This document shows, piece after piece, positions 47,541 through 55,892 of a stretch of DNA of 55,892 nt; positions within the stretch are counted from its first letter, which is position 1, and each line of letters opens with the position of its first letter. The notes under the pieces are model-generated. The model was not told the DNA's origin, searched no databases, and saw only the letters and a list, made by a program, of their open reading frames with translations. The DNA is from Gonapodya sp. JEL0774. Taxonomy: Eukaryota. The stretch spans positions 1 to 55,892 of the forward strand of contig JADIIX010000144.1 of NCBI GenBank assembly GCA_027604505.1, read 5' to 3'. Made by a program: the position numbers and the translations under genes.

Positions 47541-49719
47541 TCAAAGCTTGTGTGAACCTAACAACTCTTCTTCTCTTTTCTTCCTCTTCTCAAGCTTCTT
47601 TCTGACATCTGCAGCCCGCTGCAATTCTCTCCGTGCAAGTTGCCCTGTCAAGGAAACAACAATATTGTGATATAGATGGTGTTTAAGATTCTAAGAACAC
47701 AGTGAAACTTACACAAATGGACATCATCAGGACCTACAAGTTTGCATGTGAGATACAAAATATGACAATAAATGCATTAACATTGGTTCCTTACCATCAC
47801 CCAGACGCTGTGCCCTGGCACCATGCCACATCTTGGCCAGCTCCATTTCCTGTGAAACTCCTGCACCACCAGCAAGTTGTATAGCCCGATCAATTATTTT
47901 CTGGAGGGCCCTGGGAACATAAACCTGCCAATGGCAAACAAAAGGAGGTGAGATTGGCTCCCAAAAATAGAAAGGATAAACGAGCAACATATTCAAACCT
48001 TGACCATGCCAATCTCCCGTTGTGCTCCCTTAGGCCCGAGCCTGTCGATGGCATCTGCAGCCTGGAGCACTAGCCCACGACAAGCAGTGATCTCCATGCG
48101 CGCTTCGGCAATCTCGATTTGTACTTTACCTAATGTTTTGGACCAATGAACGTCAGTGGGAGCATTTTGAGCCAACTCTCATACACAGTTAACATACCCC
48201 ACTCGGCTTTAATTTTCCCGAATGGTAGTTTGTCAGGGCGAGTGGCTTCGTGTAACATACGCTCAAAAACACGCTCCGCCATGCCAAGCGAGCGCATACC
48301 GTAGTGAATACGACCTAGCCAATGAATGACTAGGATTAGCTTCTCTCCGACATACACGGCGCATCTCTTCACTGTGCAGTCCAAACGTACCAGGGCCAAG
48401 ACGTCCTTGCAGAACTTCAAAACCTCTTCCTTCGCCAACGATGAGGTTCGATTTGTGAACTCTCACGTTGTCGTACTGAACTTCCGAATGTCCGTGCGGC
48501 GCGTCGTCGTAACCCATAACCGTCAAATTGCGTACAAGTTTGATGCCTGGAGTGTCCTTTGGCACGAGAAGTACAGTTTGGCGGCGATGGCGATCCGCAT
48601 TGTTGGGATCAGTCTTTCCAACAAACACAAGAATTCTGAACACAGAGGTCCGATTAAACAAGAATCAGGAGCCCCCTAAGGACAAACGACACATAAATTC
48701 ACGCACTTGCAACGAGGGTCCGGGAAACCACTCGACCACCACTTCCGGCCGTTCAGTACGTAATAGTCGCCGTCGCGTGTGATGCTAGCGGATATGTTCG
48801 TGGCGTCGGAACTTGCAACACCAGGTTCCTGAGATCAAGAGAACACAAAATTGCCAAAAATGCAGTGATCAACGAATCTGAATGGCTGGATAGTCTAAGC
48901 GAAGAGAACACACCGTCATTGCGAAGCATGACCGGATTTCTCCATTCAGAAGTGGGACGAGCCACTTCTGCCTCTGCTCGGGAGTCCCAAAGCGGGCAAT
49001 GACGTGCATATTGCCAGTGTCTGCAAACCTAGGAGTGAAGCACCGTTTGCATTCATACGCTATTTTGAAACTCGCCTGGAGCAGCACAGTTGGTTGCCTA
49101 CAAACGCGTGAGGGAGACCAGAAATATCATCAGAAACAACAAGCATAGCTTTTTCGCTACGAATGTTGAAACGTCACCTCCGGTGCCAAGTGACTCTGAC
49201 CCAGAACTTCACACATCAGTGCGTACTCAAGGGTTGTGAACCCAGGACCTTCAATTCCGTACTCCTTGGAGTAGTCCACAGTCATGAACATGTTCCACAA
49301 ACCAAGTGAGCGAGCCTTTTTCTTGAGATCCTCGATGATTGGGGGGATGACCTGTCGTGAAAAGCAGCAACTTTTGTAGGAGGGAACAAAGTCAATTTTG
49401 TGGGACTTCCTACCTTGAATCGGTCTTCTCCTTTACCCATTTGCTCTTCATACAACTTTTCTGCTGGGATGCAATCGTTTTCAACGAAGTCCACCAGTCG
49501 GGTGTCTGGAAACCCCAGGAGAACCGACGACAGGTCACTTGAGAGTTCACTGTGAACTACGGAGTTGGGAGTTATTTCTCACATGCTTGCTTAGCTCTCT
49601 CTGTGATCTTCGATCTGGTATTACGTTGTCGTGAACATGTGAAACATATCGGAATGCGGCAGGATTATCTCACCCCACTCCGTAGTAGTCCCACGGCCAT
49701 ACGCCGGATCCAAATCCAT
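47541..49719 (-). CDS. Acyl-CoA dehydrogenase (ACAD10/11-like), PTS1-like C-terminus
   Basis: [81 protein letters not shown]; ends GSHKL*. 5' exon structure and start uncertain. Confidence 0.92.
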
Positions 49720-50169
49720 TCTTCGAGGTGAGTGCCATAATCAATGTTCAAGATTCCTTGATTTTCAAATTCGGGAGATGGACGATGATTTCTCGGCAAG
49801 ACTCGGGCCGCTGCCGTGTTCATGGCCCTTGCTGAATTGTTACTCGCAACATGTTTTCCACACACATCGATTTGAAGATGGTGGTCAGTCAGCGGTCGCC
49901 CCAGATGTTTGTAGGGTACTCTTAAAACGGATTCCCTGTTCTGGCTCTTCAAGAATAGGAAGGTTGGTGGGCTAACTACAACGCCAATTGAGGGATGCAC
50001 CTTCCCGTCTATGGTAGTATCCATGTCGCGTTCTCAACGTAAGATGTTCTCTCACCGGTCCATCGGTATAAGTGGATTGTTGGGAAACATTCAACTCCTG
50101 CCCACGGTCGGTGGATGCCCTGGATTTTCACAACAGACCCCAGTCCACTTATAATTACTGACTCTCTCG

Positions 50170-50955
50170 ATGTCACGCGTCACTCGCAAACCAGCAAATG
50201 CGCCGGAGCCTCCCGGGGATGAAAGTTCTCCACCTCCTGCCCCGGCAATGCCTGCAATCGCCGGACTCCTGTACCCTGCAATGTCCTCCCTTACTATTGC
50301 CCTGTTGGCGTTAACCATTCCAGCCAACCAAGTCTCATTATTTCTACTCCATCCTATCTCAATGTTGTTGTTCGCGTGGTGCGCGATCGCGGCAATCAGG
50401 GGAATGCAACTGCCAGCATCTTCGCGGCGCGCTGCAATCGATCTTCACGGGAATCTCCACTTCACCGCCCTTTTGGCGGCTTGGATCGGAGTTTCTGCTA
50501 TATATTATATCAAAGAGTCAAATGGTGGGCCAATATCACGTGGAAATTCCCCGTTTACCTATCGATGAACCCATCGATGACACCTTCGCTTGGTTTCTAC
50601 AGGTCGACCACATGGAGCAACCTGGCACGGAACCATTGGCTATTACGTCGTTCTTGCATTCAGTTTTTCCTTTGTTGGAGGTTACTTGCTTCGGAGCAAT
50701 GGCAGCAAATGGTTCAAGGGCAAAAACTTGAAACAAGTGTGGGGACTGCACCACACTGTTGGCTACTCCATCATGGTTTGGGGCATTCTGGGCAACATTT
50801 CGATAGCACTCTGGTCCAACTATGTACGAAAATCAGTAGCCTATTGGACGGGAGGTTTCGAGAAAGAGTTTGGCGCCCCGGAGTGGTTCGTCATTGGAGT
50901 TCTCGCTGTGGACATTTTTGTAGTATTTGCATCACTCGTATCAATTGCAAAATAA
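50170..50955 (+). CDS. Cytochrome b561 family membrane protein
   Basis: Four spaced heme-ligand His in TM context (LLHPISM, DLHGNLH, TWHGTIG, LHHTVGY); one intron ~50525-50602. Confidence 0.85.
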
Positions 50956-51018
50956 TAAAAGCGATACTTTATCCAGGCGACAATAAATAATCGAATTGAA
51001 AACCTACGTTCTCATCAG

Positions 51019-54000
51019 TCAGTTCCCATGACTTCTCAAGTAATGTTCGTACAACATCGCGTTTTCTGCCTCCGCAACAGCAACCCAGTCTGTTTGCCCA
51101 CTATCACCTCGGGTCCCTCGACTAGGTCCTGGAACATGTACTGGGGGTGACGTTTTGCTGGAATTCGCTGCGCGTGCCGGCAGCGAGCCCAATGTAGGGT
51201 GAGATCCAGATGGCGCCATCACAGTGTTCGCTATTGAGCGACCGGAGGACGCTGCGCTCGGCGCGGTTGCTGATCCCGCGGATCCAGATCCCTTTGAAAC
51301 AGGCGGAGTTTGGGACGTCCTTGGATTCACTCCGTTATCCATCATGTACTTCGCGTACAAATTCGTGGCTTGGGCTTCCGCCCGTTCAAAATCCCCTAAC
51401 CGCGGATTATATGCTGGTGGCGGTGATTTATGAGGACTGACAGCTGCCCTCTGAGGAACCTGCTGAATTACCCCACGAACAGGTACCGATGTGGCATTGC
51501 GGGTAGGTGTTGCCCTCAAGGAAGGAGGCTTTGTGGGTGTTGGGGGCGGTGATGCGAGAGTGTAGGCACTCGTGCGGGTATGCTGTGGCGAAACAGGACG
51601 AGAAGGAGAAGTCATCTGAGTTCGAGAGGGTGGTCGCACAACTCCTCTGATTGGGGTAGTGGGACTACGTTCGCCGTACGTGTCAGGCTCTCCGTAATAG
51701 AGGTCATATCCTTCTTCCATCGGTACGTCCTGATCGTCAGGCACGGAGTACTGCGAGTAGTCGACAGATGTCACCCTAGCTTGTGGGGACGTAAAACGCG
51801 AGCTCGACCGTGTTGTCGCCTGGGCCGGAGAAGGGGTGGCACGGCCGCGCGGACGTTGAAATTGGGGTTGTGGCGGTGAAACCGGGTAACCATACGGGGT
51901 TGGCATGTGCATGGCACCATAGTGCGGTGGTTGTGCCGGCGACATTCCGTATGGCGGGTACATCATCGGCGGCGGGGCGGGTTGCATAGGAGACCCGTAA
52001 CCTGCAATGTAGAGTCCAGGGTAAGCCCCAGGAGAGATTGGGTATCCCCATGGACTGGATACCGTCTGCTCGTAGTCGTCGGCAGTCTCTGTGGTCTTCG
52101 CCTTGCCCTTGACATCTTTCGTCTTTCCCACCCCTGCAGCGCGGCTCTTGGCGAGACGTGATGGACCACCACTAACAGTGATGTAGTTTTTGTAAACGGG
52201 GCCACCTACGGTCGGAGAGACACTCGTTTGGCTGTGCTGTGCCCCCTTTGCCGTTGCATCATCTCCCTTGCCATGCTTTCCTCCACCGGGTGAACCAAGG
52301 ACCTTCATTGCCCGTCGGGGTGTGATATACTCCCGCACTTGCCCTCCAGGGCTCCCCAGAAAGATGGTGTCCAAGTCGCTGTCCGCCGAAGTCCCCATTT
52401 CCCAAGCTCGCTTCCTCATCATATCCGACAACTCATCACGTGTGCCCACCCGGTTCTGATCTCCACTGTGAATATGGACGTGAAATCCATCCGGCGGCTG
52501 AGAATGCGAATGGGACCCAAAATTTTGGTCGCCTTTCTCTCCAGACCGTGAATTCGACCCTGCCGGTGAATGGGAAGTCCTCTTTGTAGCCGGTGGTTGG
52601 GATTCTGACCTATGTGGGGGCTTTGACCTCCCTGGAGACCGACTGCGACTGCGTGATCGCGTGTGGCGGAGACGATTCACAGGCTCATCAGAGTTAGACA
52701 GAGTGGAATCGTCCGATGACGTATCAGTGGCCGATGAGGTAACAGCAGCGGCAGCTTCTTGATGCAGGAACCGCCGGATGATCTCTTTTTCGATCTGCTT
52801 TTCTTTCCGATCGCTTTCTTTGATCGCCGATGATGTCGCTCCATGTTTCACTGGTGCAGATTGTTGTGGCTTCATTTTATGCTTGGGTTCTTTCGGACCT
52901 TGGGACGGGCGCTTGATAGTGACCACCTTAGTGTTTGCAAGAAGGTCTCCGTTAGGCACCCTAGAGTCCCTCGATGCAGCTCCTGGGGGATCAAACTTTG
53001 AAACCATTCCCACCGCTCTGGCGGCAACTGCCCTGTTTGCGGCTCTGACCCTTTCCGCCCGCTTTCTCCTCTCTTCCCTCTCCGCCTCGGGAATCTCCAC
53101 CGGAGCTCCCAAATCTCCAAACTCATCCGCATCTCGACCTGCCGCTTGGTCTTCGTACATCCACTGCTCCCCCGTCTGCGGATCGAAGTGCACCTCGCGT
53201 TCCTGCTCGTCCACAAAGAAATGCGACCACGAGCCGTCATTGTTTTGGTACCGGTACACGACAGGTGGGGTCGCGCGGACGGCCCGGTCACCATGCGCGG
53301 ACCGTGACCTCTGCCTCGAATGGGACCGCGATCGCCCTCTCCCGTCAGCAGGCCCACCTTCCCAAACGACCGGCACCATATCTCCATAATATACCTTTCC
53401 ATCTGCTCCCAATTCCATGTACGGCACGTGAACAGCTTTGAGTTTGGCCATGTAACCCCTCAGCGTGTCCAACCACGTCACGCTATCGTTGAGATAATGC
53501 GCACACCGGCGTCTCTCCTCTTCCAAATCATCAGCCCACCTATCCAGGCCCCCGTCCCGAGCCAAAACTGCCCTCTGCTCACACGACGCCATAGATGCCA
53601 CCAGATTCTCCTTTGCCCGCTCGGCCTTGACGGCAACTTGGGTCAAAAATCTGTACAAGGACGACGCGCGCTCAACCGTGCGAGACGAGGTCTCCGCCAT
53701 GGCGCGCTCGCAGCGGGATATATCGGCTTCAAGTTCTTCCATGACAGCCTCGGCGACGTCGGCAACTCGGCGGAGAAGTCCCTGTTTCTCGCCACATCGA
53801 GTCGACCTGGCCCTGTGCTCTGCGATTTTAGCGGTGATTCCGGCCAAGATCTTCTCGTTAGCCTCCTTGATGGGGTTCCCGACGCCTTCCCCCAACTCGG
53901 TAGCTAGATTTGACCGCACGTCCGTCTCGGCCCTGGCAACCGCAGCCTGACATGCCCCCCTCTGATCCTCCAGATGAGCCACCCGGCGCGCGAGGGTCTC

Positions 54001-55659
54001 TTTCTCGTCTTCCAAAATAGAACACGTCGCTCCGACAGAGGCCACCACGGACTCGAGTTCGAGCCCGATATCTCGGCGGGACGAGACGTGCGCGCGGGCG
54101 AGGTCCAGCCAACGGACGAGTTTTTCGGTGGTGGACATACGGATCATCAGCGCTTTTTCGAGCGGGGCGGCCGCGGCGGAGGTGGAAGATGTTGGCGGCG
54201 TGGGGGCCGAAGTGGAGTCTGACAAACTTTCGTGCTCGTTGTTGGTGGTAGGACCGTCGGCACTCCCCTCTGCCACCGCCTGCTCCACTGCAGCTTCGTC
54301 GTCTTCCGATGGTCGAGGTGGCTCTTTGTTGGACAACTGCGAATCTCTGTGAGCGAGCACTCTGTCCCGAAAATCGTTCACGTCTGGATCCTCCTTGGCC
54401 GGGAGCCTCAGCAGAGGTCCCACAACGGCATCCGCAGCCCACGACAAAATCTTTGCCACATCGGTGCGGCCCTCGGCCAGGGCAATATCCCGCGGACACC
54501 TTTTCTCCTTGTCCAGCACGTCCACCGCGGCACCCAATTCAACCAACATCCGCACCACGTCCGTCCGGCCTCCTTTGCAGGCGTAGTGCAGCGCCGTCCA
54601 CGCGTTCTCCCCGTTACGGTCGTCGAGCGTAGCGCGATGGTCGTGGAGGAGCCGGAGTGTGGCGGTGGCCTCGTTCCAGGCGGCAAAGACTAGGGGTGCC
54701 CGGCCCTTCCCGTCTTTGGCGTTGGGGTTGGCACCATGTAGGAGGAGGAGGCGGGCGCAGGGGGTAGCTTCGGGGTCGGCCGAGGCCCAGGAGAGGAGGG
54801 TGGCAGGGGACCGTTGTTCGACGAGGCGTTGTGGGAAGAACTGGGGGTACAACCGGAATTGTAGACAAAGTTACCACAGCAAACATAAGAAGTGGAAAAG
54901 CATAGTCTCGCAATCCCCCACAGGACCAACACCCAAACAGCCACACTCCCACGTTTCCATGAGATCGGACCAATTCAACTCACTGTGCGAATGGGATGGT
55001 CGAGAGGCGCCCAGTCGTTCGGATCGAGTGATGCGTTGATGTTGTTTGGAGGCACAGAAGTGTCGAGAAGGAGTTTGAGGGCGTCCGTATTGTGGTGTTG
55101 AATGGCTAATTTTAGTATTGTATGGTTGGATTCAGACGAGATGGGTGAAGGCCGCAGGATGTAATTTGGAAGATAACGATGAATTGAAACAACAAGAATT
55201 CAAGAGTCGATGTTTACGGACCACAAGAGCATTTAGAAACGAAGAATACGGATGGGATCACTCACCGAGAAGCGCGGCGGCGTGGAGCACAAAGGGTTCT
55301 GGCAGAGCTGCTTCAGCAACAGATATTGGATGCGATCGAGAACCCGAGTGTCTGCCGTACTTGAAGAGGTGGTGAGGTTGGATAGTCTGGAGAGCAAGAT
55401 TGAGGAGATCCTTGAGTGCTTGGAAGTCGTCGAGTCTGGCAGCCTCGAGGAAACGCAGAGAAGCGTCGGAGAAGTAGTTTGAGTCCGAGTCTGGATTGGA
55501 GGAGGATTCAGAGACATCGTCTGAAGAAGAAGCGGCCAGATGAGAGAGCGGATGGGAGGGAACGGGGGAGTGCTGGGAGTGCTGGGAGTGCTGGGAGTGC
55601 TGGGAGTGCGGTGGATGCAGGATTTGAGGATGCAGCCACGGCGATCGGGGTCGATTCAT
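51019..55659 (-). CDS. Ankyrin-repeat, coiled-coil and long disordered-tail protein
   Basis: Ankyrin repeats LLLLHGANPNAKDGKGRAPL, WTALHYACKGGRTDVVRMLVELGA; upstream exons ~55265-55659 and ~54984-55108 with GTGAG donors; long terminal exon. Confidence 0.85.
55566..55608. repeat. 9-bp coding tandem repeat (GGGAGTGCT)n encoding HSQ repeats
   Basis: 4-5 copies, in frame in exon 1 of the ankyrin gene. Confidence 0.85.
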
Positions 55660-55892
55660 CGGACACAGCGGACGCGGGAGAGGCCGTATGACACAGCGTG
55701 TGCGCGATCTTGAAATGCCGCTCTCCCTCTCTGTGATCGCAGATCAGGCGTTGCTTGTTTGCTGGATTTGGTTTATGCTATTATGTGTTGCCGATCAGGA
55801 ACTCGGGGCAATCGAATAGACGTACAAAAATTGTATGACTACTAGGACCAACGGAGGATATGCAGACTTCCTTTGACAGAAAACTGCGCACC

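Overview
Intron-rich eukaryotic genomic DNA. The gene set and low-complexity introns suggest an early-diverging, probably zoosporic fungus (inference). Left arm (1-20.8 kb): a divergent pair of single-pass membrane redox enzymes (a heme peroxidase and a CBM18-AA5 copper radical oxidase), Costars/ABRACL head-to-head with PRP5, an MLKL-like 4HB-kinase-SH3 gene, and eIF2D. Right arm (47.5-55.7 kb): a probably peroxisomal acyl-CoA dehydrogenase, a cytochrome b561 and an ankyrin protein. The middle (21-47.5 kb) is an accessory island. It holds three copies of a ~6.2 kb unit whose main gene reconstructs to ~1350 aa, with a GIY-YIG-like nuclease, a family-4 uracil-DNA-glycosylase-like fold and two C-C-H-C zinc motifs. 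Two copies point the same end at a tRNA-Gln gene from both sides. The inverted copy is interrupted by a circularly permuted 28S rDNA piece enclosing a Harbinger-type Myb gene, plus a solo LTR. The island also has a gag relic fused to an intronless, AT-rich, possibly giant-virus-derived RPB1 pseudogene, a frameshifted F-box gene and several hAT-like MITEs or ends. All domain calls are by-eye motif recognition; no searches were run.
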